A stretch of 64,000 bases of DNA from a virus: positions 1 through 64,000 of IMG/VR virus record IMGVR_UViG_3300008262_000126; one strand, given 5' to 3'. Each line of letters starts with the position of its first letter. Within the stretch, counting starts at the first letter, position 1. The notes beneath the pieces are model-generated. The model saw only the letters and a list, made by a program, of their open reading frames with translations, did not search any database and was not told the DNA's origin. Made by a program: the position numbers and the translations under genes. Of this stretch, positions 36,701 through 42,941 are shown one piece after another.

Positions 36701-38356
36701 TATAATGCAAAACCCGGCGAGATTATTAGTGGGCCAATGGTCATGCCGTACACTTCAGGCCCTCGAGGAACAATAGCGTACTCGAGAGACATGATGGCAG
36801 TAGGTGCAAACGGTGTTCGAGAAGGCGCTTTAGGTATTGCTCCTTCGCAATGGCAGCAGTTTGTATCAAACGCTACAAACGCAAATGCCGAGTTACAAAG
36901 ACGTGCAATGAGTAATGCAATGCAAGAACGCGATTTGAATAAGAATCACCAGCGTAATCTTGAAGATATTACTCGAAACGGCATGCGTCAGTTAGAGAGC
37001 ATTCATTTAAATTACACACGAAACATGCAACAGATGACCATGCAAGCAGACCTTGTTAAGGGAGCGACCCGAGCAAATGCAACAAGAAGCATTGCAATGG
37101 CTGCTATCGACCCTACAAGCAAAGCAGCTCTTAACAGCCAATACTGGGCGCAGGATATGTATTCTCAGCATCTAGGTCAAGGCGATTCGAAAAATTTCTT
37201 AAAAGACAGCGCAAACATAGCAACTCTTACAGCGATAGATCCTTCATTGTCTGCAGACATAAGCGCATTAGAGACTACAAACGCCGCGTATGAAAGCTCA
37301 GCCATAACAGACCCAAATAGGCAGAATCTGCAAGATGCAAAAAGAGCGACTATAGAACCAATTTTAACTAAGCTACGGGGCCTTATTGAAACTGAAGAAG
37401 ATCCAATAAAAAAAGCCGCACTCCAGACGGCCCTTGTTCGTTTAAGTCCAGATGCATCAAAAACAATAGCAGCTCAAACTGAAAATGACAAATGGTTAAA
37501 GCAGACGCTCGGTGATAAAATAACTCAAAAGCAATTAGGTCAACAAATTGCTGACCAAGAGTTTCAAAATCAGTTTAGACCGTTGGATATTGCAAATGAC
37601 TCAGCAAGTTTAGCTGAAGCAGGAAAATCAAAAGATCCTTTAGCTTTTCTTAATGCAAAACGTTCAAGTCTGTCAATGTACCGCGGATTTGCTCAGTCTG
37701 ATATTGGTTTAGCTGAAACTACAAATAGCTTGACAGGTTTGTTAGGAACTGGTAGTCTTTTTGAAACGAATACTACCGAAGCGTTTAAGCAAATAGCTGA
37801 AGTTGCGGGTAGCGCGACTCAGGGAGTTCTTTATAGTCTTGACGATTTTGAAACCTCGTTTCAACAACAGATGGAAGATGCTCTTAGAAACTTCGAACGA
37901 CAGCGTTTGGATATGATCCAGGCCTTTGCTGATGCTGCGGTTGAAATTGCGTCAATTGTTCCTGAAGAAATGGTACCAATTATGCAAGCTACAAGTGCCT
38001 TTATGAATACGCAACGACAAGCCGAGTTACTCTGGCTGTCTGGAAGAACAGACGAAGCCAACGCACTTGCCTACCAAGGCATGCTAAAGCTTGGCGAAGT
38101 TGTGTACGGTGAAGGTAAGGGTAAAGAATATGCAGACAAATATAGTCAGAACTTTCAAGACATGGCAGACGTTGCAGCACGAGACGTTCCTCAAGGTGAC
38201 TTAGGAAAGTTTGCTGTAAAGACAGAAGACGGTTGGGCATTGCTGGTAAAAGAGACTAAGTCCGCACGAGTATACGACAGGCCTCCTCCTAATAAGGATA
38301 AAGAGACTCTGAATCAAGGGAATGGTCCGTTTGTTGCACCGGGTGGCAAAGGCTAA
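21791..38356 (+). CDS. giant tape measure protein (5521 aa) with PP2C-like, DEDDh exonuclease and SNase-like domains
   Basis: Canonical position after tube and chaperones; TMP core (LAAFDPAQGMEGAGIAIKEFLSG..SLSRRFEI, ~33400-33900); coiled coils; hydrophobic segment. Confidence 0.85.
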   Translation: MSDRIQQLVGLIQTLLLLKSTSEEAANVFEKVIQSKANAHEGGLAGYLKEITADAKTATTTLAILEKEIKAVSALPVRAAADETLTSEGTRPAPVVSDAARKRKEVQDRIDDERKALRTEVRGNNRPTVVNVHTDRLKNYELLLAQLDEQIDEREDTLRDLIRRTQTKMRTPAKTSRSSSPVADPEYADMKWALTTPDTRSATSYAVTPNRGGRVSVAQSGGARPPENASVSAIVKYVNTQLRHENPAETRPEIAPIVAELQKLVKDREEATVPADKNRINQQIKQAFKKINQSSGTVSNTQRQTAQESIIAPIIEALRAVKLDDPTLNAAMSPVASSSEIESALTRAVEMLVTRLENGAAGRVGETALSTEGFEFLRPAAFDQLLKRLKTVVAEATTRPVIPRSRTVDPGTAEEVDSSALFLGTDFSIQNAGEDGSPQVVDALRSSRVFPGQVTRIGANISKYIQSLKASLNPTRRYSSEAQGVDVRAGSQVVAGSSSAVFGGGMDAEVQKAVDALFSTVMQDIEEGNIRPASIAGQTVDLPESLAKMVVEAIQSSSILSEHTTAFGRMAGTRGPRGAIVTGDPVRKFVALFAGDLINQYTSTGAVSDQSASRFVEQTVAPEQEQEVTLAATHAKRLRERLVYQRDQADLSMVTAAPAMANRYRTESAKLGKEIQLLDEILAESENPEEEKKLAQRRGQIALPGSNTAPALTRDQALTVLFKQSIGSIPATPDAVAPIISKAQEVSAGLAQSGLTIPARPSYGTSPVQSLVEYMTSGQSMALDRYQTTPITQQLDSAGKVSSGQQNREFIEIISDAFGLSRQSASAGNVITGLYHGARATDASGKMLEGEELDQSLGGGYRTKKGLQSIVQASAEMGSYGSGGIPLIEYAKLATSTDLDAEEQSLFQEVQAKLPHLQAIDSDSLKQLAELDTSMDPKELIKRVLTLAAPAIKNQIVASIRRRGGAAGMGVDEVTQMISDYETAGVAPAGFQDEFRALAMFDPANINTTDVSAAVNRSLSLFSNLLTDNVQSGEGMPQFAARVLGRQDRLVGTGPDVAAAVPDQGASYSLMGKGAEVANQESGQVVGGTYGRNVENQIKIQEAMSEFEQLTAEIEEMQRRIALAPHEADKVLPVIEQKNNQLKILKQKLDTYKASEPDPISQKFEALSTIAQMDNIDPATRSAAIYDLGIMQEIFNQTGRYQIDESQGYGTGTQEQRLTNLMAHKAKLDRLQKLREERAALEAESPGDGPAKAVEAVIKESDVDGEIAAVTKDISDMKSEGTGSEKKVDASPYANMNMTELEDLYQRSYQKYDRAMSAVPGIEEATQRYHNYEGEDDEQELEILVKALEGARENNPEVAKLYQEHQAVSDEYERRIKANIENNRAIQEKLSPAETSVMATSVPGTIDEEIAIDENAVPLKIPRINLTESKDITDDVTAEDKSVFVHPATVEAQLIESPAFTAFLAGKENQIISGNQDRLAIRQDAETGALTAAVADGASSSWFSARLANMLAEEAVNLPTDEPFTTESILSRVNNRSAQEQVDKILEYFTDEDYQTRYQLQRMGLEKNDKSKEKFKKFLQPFEEAGTSPTVRELIAFLHGEKAANDPANIGQVAGATFAGYRRTRSSEGYKHEFLTAGDALIESADLGIAKETLGENKTNPDGTPYTGPQTAGIISTESGIAHPGKVLTIESKTPARVFLASDAYSHSGEFSRLDPEVDAGGFVNLGERLLLDEGELGTRQDDRSFIGITGSEQTGPVVKTGGLAEEGFTGLEFTDQLEAYLAQEKRKLSQINQLLTDRPDIDKELERERQALLKSAEAEVEQQGQLAEEITNTHRAIADEYDAVVDRLMKNRYAGPEEKAQDSEKHRKLAQTPEMQEVLKARREAFKAEQKYKQIVAENPPTSAEKAKVVTENNIQALTEELTKRGVILPTETTPTAETVIPVTDVTSVAEEPKRIADEPVKVSAEIKASPEEIQKRKADLDLQIAEAAREAAQSQQVIELMQRQAQGLDTEDSDIRFVVDNTGIPVSYEDKQVIDRTSLRPLVRTKMTVDDTGESGFVSNLNVRDIVDQAEAVKPTAELMDEIGKMSDADLAAVKMPSKVLTDEEKEKYQYLRQASKQAKEEARKIYEADTPLGEAIRKYYRITNVEERDRMTLGDIGSPAIPGLKEAVAEYELQRGISLGSDEQTGKLGKASEATPLQLAARLFRSSRAAVRAYETEFGVEPAFSAREVMDELLASSARAEVDSAPAGSAETAVALDKTISSFEGGIPEIKGSTDRAPRRPRRAPADVVADVEQPYTENQLKYARAQVRALAGRTDLTAEQKRQLSEARKKLHNYAMKRLTTNFGDNKGVMQIANVVAGLTPPDWAKDDVQSARVSAISQAMADLKPGQLAKLKDVDLRDPVQMDILSKDPALQPIMALLADQDIDAALKYRSGTTEYDEAKGLLSAIEGAKKRLPVPEPTAGVPTDARRLFFDLETNFAKKPEDRLIFQAATGVNDGKVSDMYAVPLDSSAEEINRIAVDPTIPDDEKRKLIRELALKRAGKPPLVEGRASGNDVSSGVIDNLVNAAMSGRQILTQGQIRGDLQSQILAATTVAGHNIETFDLPTVYGGEMAVPDAVKAKTEDTLLMSRNMYPGSHTLSDTYEVVTGDPLVNAHDARADTEAVQRIFPQVSDPEERAKITEAYLAKHGITMDSAVGQLVATPKIADIADTEERKKASRQVAEAHAFYQPLADMQDFTRRIAKSGGKTILRDADKTVAAEQGWYDMSPAAKASLFERMNKMFVGHTKLKGKKIEELDDAELGEFVKEINATYLEPNADAAVGGDFGGMKRLLEEKVGGKMAFSDFRTPAERLAAIKGRTIEDVMSTAGSSGVKVGPAISKETVGDAIEDISLATERPTKVKTPGSAPSVTASTSDGGSKEPPREPPVTFSDDADSGERGGPGGGITTIASATIDTLHAGAVEINIHGGNVTIDANFSAGAAEKMQKSLVYISNKDGMNVNGDVTSVGTGGGGGGYRRVSVADRSILNQLDAAKNQIAGQLQTETDPATRERLRGNLNEVSRQAIRAIIEPKVKAIDSEGMEPYVNERFYYGDETTDSKESLTYYNDAVAQAHQDLTTQLEAQQAIPEGTDGRDEEIQRIQKQISLVEELINALTELNQAEQRVGSATSTRAIVDPTEVKKPAYPTNNSGYRKLSPEDRASLAVLDATKNSISEQLRTEQDPEARARLKETLTGASKKAIADIIKPKATKLLGYGFVNTVDALSTSPEDSLVNYSQAAQSKLSELNGRLFMIESEREDAPGREEAIERTKREIQQVHELIDALTELNQAEQRVGAAGATRNAESPYGPKPTADPRAGANKYRKVSFADQASFNVLESTKNEVSARLRDETDSAARDALRQSLVNASERAINEVIKPKAAKVLNPTQLAALSALPMGPEEALVSYNEMAQYNLNNLSTELATQEALPEGTSGRDTEIERLKAEIAAVEELINALTELNAIEQRVGSASGTRNVNSPYGTTSGTGTGTSASKYYSRKAKEDEQVFLQLARNSFDQSAGSMGIAGGTTADSRKFLTDLTRSTATTMINSSGIQAPGMAADIAAIAATSPEVQSAYDDAAKSLTDFSGKVGGTITDVADDLFTVVSGLEKLKAALTPIAATSPQAAAALAVVQTAIDETSAAGKEQRGTAGVIETDNRKKVSLVEEQMQAAASRPGFFAGGRREREMRQIQEGYIRDTFGKEGLDALMHRGRIRAYTATGKRVDMAQATVQEQRDTVERLQKQGINITAEDMTGIARMSGRVEQTKRSAPMGDKLFYAASKIRDTQSVVQAAVDTVTSLANIPQMAGGMIQQFASSATGSNRVMTTARGLALDPENYTAALNAADMQRKQFGGSLTSNLGQVTSFIPLSNAYGVDIGKSVKVARKLAAFDPAQGMEGAGIAIKEFLSGNVSSLSRRFEINRSALSKINTGDATQMLDSLDQLLSSMGVTDRLIDEQANSMATKYDKMIGNLESVQISSTTAIVDFITPALESLIGEQSYFGKNVKERSLNTVLKETITSYGDDILSDPEAGLDSVNIGGSLSTFTSQMDTILEAANKRMAGEAGRYNSATGASVSVPGYRLLGNMKPQERANIQFDALLGQAQGLNATQAIMQAMRNNPGDYNSSPEFLNQRESLKTRQVKVDPVAYAEAYKKAEAGLLVADQGATDLSGLGLGYINFNAEPVKEKPLMTKGRVRRQVDADTFDIEIPGRKDLVRVRTGVIDAQEKGTQDELAARVGGADIIGMDRAMIGGEYKPGQGPEITLVGTLKNIDENNRVVAQLLNSEGKNYSLEMIATGNASSAFMQGLDKQTIDSLAYIEKVVADNGVGPQNRIARDLNLGGAPEISEEVRSSYFWNKYGLGIGGSAIAGGAAGLGGAALATNATLGTAGLAGLGGLVAAEIAAAIALPAVAAVGLYAGGAYVSDRLDSSPEKMRELYKMQSDLDRQDAKMNIFNTFADQANLNAEQVGKYVGGAKYRSDMPSKEIVLTPGFGPGAPIIPGTAPTKTAFEIMQDSKASLGQVYLANYEEASKSGQERFATAGDATKRILERQVYDPVSETMMSYVDYEAQTIALKKTADVDPTAYRKFDAMRGEILKPIGQTGALIENEKLVERGIKYGTRLDKRALAEAEASPFRADVADLTKKRDDAFNAGAVAEGQRYKTQIDKANAEIEKITYTDAEWDKIPEAARYLIMSAEEVANMTAEEIRFAADQTYQQGLNPVDYKQEAKNFFDGTMDRNFQRRQQRVDTTLTAFARQSIMGLGDASALPNDIARQVVNSGGAGVIDNTPEARAVRMVGRSGLMPKNRDSALDTVAMLTEAQRAAVREQLDIARTNRQVALANAPEAQLYKSGFTNFVMAMNKAGATAEDLGRSFMNTMNMMSEGNPRYGLDLAQQMTGFSYEAMIGMQLRPRTGVDAEGNPISSLNGANGMPYGYNAKPGEIISGPMVMPYTSGPRGTIAYSRDMMAVGANGVREGALGIAPSQWQQFVSNATNANAELQRRAMSNAMQERDLNKNHQRNLEDITRNGMRQLESIHLNYTRNMQQMTMQADLVKGATRANATRSIAMAAIDPTSKAALNSQYWAQDMYSQHLGQGDSKNFLKDSANIATLTAIDPSLSADISALETTNAAYESSAITDPNRQNLQDAKRATIEPILTKLRGLIETEEDPIKKAALQTALVRLSPDASKTIAAQTENDKWLKQTLGDKITQKQLGQQIADQEFQNQFRPLDIANDSASLAEAGKSKDPLAFLNAKRSSLSMYRGFAQSDIGLAETTNSLTGLLGTGSLFETNTTEAFKQIAEVAGSATQGVLYSLDDFETSFQQQMEDALRNFERQRLDMIQAFADAAVEIASIVPEEMVPIMQATSAFMNTQRQAELLWLSGRTDEANALAYQGMLKLGEVVYGEGKGKEYADKYSQNFQDMADVAARDVPQGDLGKFAVKTEDGWALLVKETKSARVYDRPPPNKDKETLNQGNGPFVAPGGKG
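30842..32386 (+). repeat. three tandem ~170-aa repeats inside the TMP (525, 510 and 510 nt)
   Basis: Units start at 30842, 31367 and 31877: YRxxS..D...L...KN....L..E.D...R..L ... ELI(N/D)ALTELN..EQRVG. Confidence 0.9.
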
Positions 38357-38360
38357 TTTA

Positions 38361-38398
38361 TGGTATAATGCAGAGCAGGGTTTAAACCCTGCTCTGCA
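38361..38398 (+). promoter_or_regulatory. extended -10 element followed by a perfect 30-bp palindrome
   Basis: TGGTATAAT then TGCAGAGCAGGGTTTAAACCCTGCTCTGCA (38369-38398). Confidence 0.6.
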
Positions 38399-38412
38399 AG
38401 GAAGGTTAAAAT

Positions 38413-38829
38413 ATGACATATACGATACAGCCCATTTACCTCAGTGGTAGTTTACACGGGTATGGATTTTATCAAGATTTAAAAGCAACTTCGATTAGCA
38501 CCACAATGAACAATGTAGCTGAGGTGTTGCAAGCAGTTGACGGCACCAATTCGTATCTTCACAGGTCATACAAGCATGTGTGGAACGTAACCTTTAACAT
38601 GATTGTTTATTCTGGTTCTGCTGGTTATCCGTTGGCCACAGTTGCAAATTTACGTGGTATCTATCAGGGATTTTCCAGCGTGTCAACGAGCGTTATTTTT
38701 TGTTTTGAATCCAAACAGTACCCTGTTTTTTTCGAGCCAGGTAGCTGGCAAGCGGAGTTGGCTTCGACAACTGTCACAATGACGAACAAGCCGTACTATA
38801 ACGTCTCGTTTAGGCTGGTGGAGATATGA
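38413..38829 (+). CDS. distal tail (Dit-like) protein
   Basis: Directly after the TMP; AVDGT and YNVSFRLVE pattern. Confidence 0.6.
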   Translation: MTYTIQPIYLSGSLHGYGFYQDLKATSISTTMNNVAEVLQAVDGTNSYLHRSYKHVWNVTFNMIVYSGSAGYPLATVANLRGIYQGFSSVSTSVIFCFESKQYPVFFEPGSWQAELASTTVTMTNKPYYNVSFRLVEI

Positions 38830-40394
38830 GTTACGTTCTTGCGTACAAAGTATACATTGCTCCAATTTCGGTTCCTTTCTATTTAATAAAAACTTCGGCA
38901 AATTTAGTATCTGGCTCAGCTGTTCAATCTGTTGATTCGGCACAAACTACTAGTTTAGATTTTACTGCAGGCATTACACTCGGTGTGACAAGCCCACCAC
39001 AGTCGACCATAGTACTTATTAAAAACAACTTAACGACAGTTACCTCTAGAATGTTTAACTGGCGGATGGCGAATGTTGCGGTACAGTTCTCTATAGACGG
39101 ACTTAACTTCTACGATGCGTTTTCTGGTTTTATCGACGGGCGTACTGAGGATTTAAATACTGTCAGCTTTCGTTGTCTCGGTTACCTTGGTTACTTAGAC
39201 TACTATAAATACGCAACTCCCTTGTGGAGAGAAAAGCCAGCCGCCTCATATATTCCAGATCCCCCATCTGAGTGGAATACTACTATCAGTGGTCTATGGC
39301 GTCGTATGTACAACGACCAAAACCCTGCAACGCTTAGCGGATCATTTACCGGTACGGTAAACACAGTGTTCTGGTTCCTCGGTGGCAGACCGTACAAGTA
39401 TCGTGATGAGGCTGTACGAGCAGGGGACACCGTTCGATTTTGGTACGACTGCGATCATGCCCCAATTACACCAAACTTTACATGGCTTAATCAGGAAAAC
39501 ATATCCGATGACTTTGCCATGCTTGCCTCTAGTGCAGGGGGGCAAATAATTCAGGGCAGTAATGGGGTACTTAAATTTATCAATCCGCACTCTTTTGTCC
39601 CTGCGACTAAGAGTGTAACTATTACAGATTCAATGTTTCGATCTATTAGTGTTGACGAAGTCTCGTCGACTACGTTTGGAAAAGCAATTGTGACGTTTTC
39701 CCCTAGAATGCTGGGAGCAAACAAGGCAGTGCTTGATTCAAACATAGGTGTGTATCTTCCGTACAACGAAGAGTACACGCACGAGGTTGAGTTTACGCAG
39801 CCTGTAGATCGGCTTACAAACAACACTTATTTCGGTTCTGGTATTACGTTTGGCCAGACCGGTGGCTACTTTAAAACTGCAGCTCAGTTTATGAAAGTAG
39901 TTGTCAAGAGTGTAGACGAAGCACGCAGCTTGTACTTATCTAAACTAACGCTGTATGGCATACCAATTGTTGCTGGTGAGCCTCAGACAATTAAACGTGA
40001 CATACCGCTGGACTTCACCGGCCTCGTGACCGCGGGTATTGTTCCCAGCGGGTTTAGAGAAGTTAACGTTAGAGAAAACCCGTACATACAAACAAAAGAA
40101 CACGCAACTCGAATGCTCGATGTTGTTAAGTATCTGCATAAACGACCGCGTCCTGTAGTGCGTGTAGTTGACATTGTCTTTAACCCGTCGCTTGAAATCG
40201 GTGACGTGATCAACATCAACAGCGTTTATTACGGACTCTCGGGCAAGTTTAAAGTTACCGACATTGCAATAAAAAACTCAGGTGCGTTTATGGATATCAG
40301 CTGCGTAGACGTCTCAGATATTAAAACACGCGAAGAGCTGTTTGTTATTGGAGAAACGTACGCAAGCGACACGGTTAAGTATTTATCTTGGTAG
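38826..40394 (+). CDS. tail hub/Tal-like minor tail protein
   Basis: Position; NPYIQT, NPSLEIGDVI hub-like C-terminus. Confidence 0.6.
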   Translation: MSYVLAYKVYIAPISVPFYLIKTSANLVSGSAVQSVDSAQTTSLDFTAGITLGVTSPPQSTIVLIKNNLTTVTSRMFNWRMANVAVQFSIDGLNFYDAFSGFIDGRTEDLNTVSFRCLGYLGYLDYYKYATPLWREKPAASYIPDPPSEWNTTISGLWRRMYNDQNPATLSGSFTGTVNTVFWFLGGRPYKYRDEAVRAGDTVRFWYDCDHAPITPNFTWLNQENISDDFAMLASSAGGQIIQGSNGVLKFINPHSFVPATKSVTITDSMFRSISVDEVSSTTFGKAIVTFSPRMLGANKAVLDSNIGVYLPYNEEYTHEVEFTQPVDRLTNNTYFGSGITFGQTGGYFKTAAQFMKVVVKSVDEARSLYLSKLTLYGIPIVAGEPQTIKRDIPLDFTGLVTAGIVPSGFREVNVRENPYIQTKEHATRMLDVVKYLHKRPRPVVRVVDIVFNPSLEIGDVININSVYYGLSGKFKVTDIAIKNSGAFMDISCVDVSDIKTREELFVIGETYASDTVKYLSW

Positions 40395-40403
40395 GAGGTT
40401 TAT

Positions 40404-42941
40404 ATGATTTTTGCTTTAGGGCGAGTTCCTAAATTCTTTGAAGGACAGGAACTCTCAGCGCAGGATTTAAATAACTTAGCTCAGAACGTAGAGATTATGG
40501 AGCAGGTTGTTAAAGGACCTGATCGGTTGTTTCTAAGCGACTGGAAATTAGCTCCCCCGGTATTTAAGCTTATAGAGCAAAAAACGAATACCGGTGATCC
40601 GGCAACACTTGAGGGTTTGACCTTTGCCATGAGTCTATCTGAAATAGACGTGTGGGAAGGTTCCTTCTTATATCGGGAAGGAATGCACACTTTGAGATTT
40701 GGATTTAACACGTACGCAGTGAAAGAAAGAGGTGACTCTTTTGGAAGATCTCCGTTAGATTTAGTAGACGCATACTCTGTAAATTACGGAAAGGAAGGCG
40801 ATAATAGTAAATGGGTTAACCCTTCGACTAGTTTGTTTTTGTTGCTCAAGTACACAGACATGCCCGTAAATCAAGTTATAAGTAAGCACAAAAAGTACGC
40901 AATTAGCTGGGTTTATGACAGTTCCAAGAAAACTCAATATAAGCAACCGTCAGACAGCGACATAAATTCGTTTACAATGATTGACGACAGTACTGCTCTC
41001 GATGGTAGTAATTGGACCGCTAATGGTACTTCTGCGGCAGGTTATCACACATACACTCTAGACATCACCAAGTACAATTTTGTGCCTGGTGAAATTGTCT
41101 CGTTAAAATTCAAAATAAAAACACGCGATGGTAAACCGGTTTTAAGTTTGGGCAGAAGATTTTATTTCAGTATGGTCTACGCTAACATCGATCACGATGT
41201 CAGTAGCTATTCGTGGAAGAGCATTAGCAGCGACAGTATAACGACGCTGAGTCATATAAAAGATGTCGCGGAAAATCAACGCATGCTCGTTGATTACTTT
41301 CAAAAATACGACATTCCGTTACGTGCTGCAGTTTGGGATCAGGTGATGGCAGGTACTTCTCAATTTCCGTACTACGGTCGTTTTATAGCCACAGCGCTTC
41401 AAAAATTAGCAAGCTGGGGGTTAGTCCACGGTGACGATTACTTAGTAATGGATTTCAATACTTCGGAAGCTCGTTATTACTTACCGATGCGTTTTGATTT
41501 AAAGAACACTGTCAGCATATCTTACAACGTGGCGGTCAACACCCGAAGTGCTTTTTCTTTGCAGGGGCTGTTGAGTAAATTCGCTATCGCCGCATACCGT
41601 AACAAAAAAACTTTTTATTATGCGTCTACTAAAAACGCACCTTCTTTTTTAATAGCTTACAACCACAAAGATAGCGAGAATACAAAAGATCGATATCCGT
41701 GGGTTGTTGGTCTTGGTCAAATGAACTATGGCGACTATGTTAACAACGTTTCGTCAGCAGGCGGTCGTTTTCAATATGCTAATTTTCTTGCCCGAGTAGG
41801 ATTAACAAATTTTATGGGTAAGATTTCAGTCGATACTGCTAATGATGTTCAGTCTTCTATCTTGCCGATAGGTTTACTACCTACACCCGCTGGTTATCCA
41901 GACCCCAGAGAGTTTTTGTACATGCAGGGACCCCAACCAACAGGTCAAGCTTCCTGGCAGGGATTTTATTTTATCCTGCCTAGTTTTATAACGGGTAAAG
42001 TACCGTATTACAATTCAACTGGTGGCAACGCCGTCGGCCTGGAAGATAAAATGTTTCTCGGTCCGCGTGCTGTAAGTGGCGAATTTCGTGACGCTTCTAT
42101 TTATGTAGACAATTTTAATTTTTCACTTAAGCAACACACAGGCACAGGAAACAGTGATTACTACTACCCCGCAATATACGAAGAGTATGGTTTAAACAAC
42201 CATGCGACTTATCGCTATGAAAAAAATGATGCGTACACAGACTTTACTGTTAACTTAAAAGAAAGCTCTCCCTCGTATACCAACGCTATCGGTTATTACG
42301 GTGCCGGTAGTGGTATGATCCTGGAGTCTTTTGATACACGTGCATTCAACAAAGCTAGCTATATCGCTACTTTCCGACTTGCTGAGGTAACCAGAAAAAC
42401 AACTGTTGAGCCGGGTCTTCCTGAAGGTAGATTTCAGTCATTTAACTCAGTTGCTTTTTCAGGTGTGCTTGGTTATGTAAAACGTGTGAACGACCGCCAA
42501 AACGAAATTCACACTTATATTAACAGCGACCCTGTATACAAGTACATCCCGGTGTTCTGGACGAAGCCCAAAAGTTCTTTAAAGCATTTTGAAGATCTAG
42601 TTCAAGGACTGGACCAGAGTGCTGAAAAATTCTACTACGCTGCCGAATTCAACACAATCTACTTCAGTAACATACGCCAGGCTGATTATTTAATTGTGCG
42701 TGGAAGAAACATAACTATCGGTTGGGGAGGCTTTAATAAAGTATACAGAGATAACCCGCAAAGTATCTTGTTTCCTGCTCCTCTTGAATTAGAGTTTTCT
42801 AATTCAAGTAATCTGACCGGAAGTGACATAGAGACGGTTATTATTGGCTTCGACACGCTGAGTAGCCTGACGTATGGGGAGCGGTACTACATTCAAGGAG
42901 ATGTTTATTATGCAGCTGAGACTATGGGTATACCATCATGA
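40404..42941 (+). CDS. minor tail/baseplate protein
   Basis: N-terminal P.FFEGQELSAQDLN motif; aromatic, beta-rich. Confidence 0.55.
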   Translation: MIFALGRVPKFFEGQELSAQDLNNLAQNVEIMEQVVKGPDRLFLSDWKLAPPVFKLIEQKTNTGDPATLEGLTFAMSLSEIDVWEGSFLYREGMHTLRFGFNTYAVKERGDSFGRSPLDLVDAYSVNYGKEGDNSKWVNPSTSLFLLLKYTDMPVNQVISKHKKYAISWVYDSSKKTQYKQPSDSDINSFTMIDDSTALDGSNWTANGTSAAGYHTYTLDITKYNFVPGEIVSLKFKIKTRDGKPVLSLGRRFYFSMVYANIDHDVSSYSWKSISSDSITTLSHIKDVAENQRMLVDYFQKYDIPLRAAVWDQVMAGTSQFPYYGRFIATALQKLASWGLVHGDDYLVMDFNTSEARYYLPMRFDLKNTVSISYNVAVNTRSAFSLQGLLSKFAIAAYRNKKTFYYASTKNAPSFLIAYNHKDSENTKDRYPWVVGLGQMNYGDYVNNVSSAGGRFQYANFLARVGLTNFMGKISVDTANDVQSSILPIGLLPTPAGYPDPREFLYMQGPQPTGQASWQGFYFILPSFITGKVPYYNSTGGNAVGLEDKMFLGPRAVSGEFRDASIYVDNFNFSLKQHTGTGNSDYYYPAIYEEYGLNNHATYRYEKNDAYTDFTVNLKESSPSYTNAIGYYGAGSGMILESFDTRAFNKASYIATFRLAEVTRKTTVEPGLPEGRFQSFNSVAFSGVLGYVKRVNDRQNEIHTYINSDPVYKYIPVFWTKPKSSLKHFEDLVQGLDQSAEKFYYAAEFNTIYFSNIRQADYLIVRGRNITIGWGGFNKVYRDNPQSILFPAPLELEFSNSSNLTGSDIETVIIGFDTLSSLTYGERYYIQGDVYYAAETMGIPS

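Noticed and set aside
21826-38240. Many antisense or alternate-frame ORFs within the TMP and other long genes
   Set aside because: Shadow ORFs with no RBS or recognisable motifs
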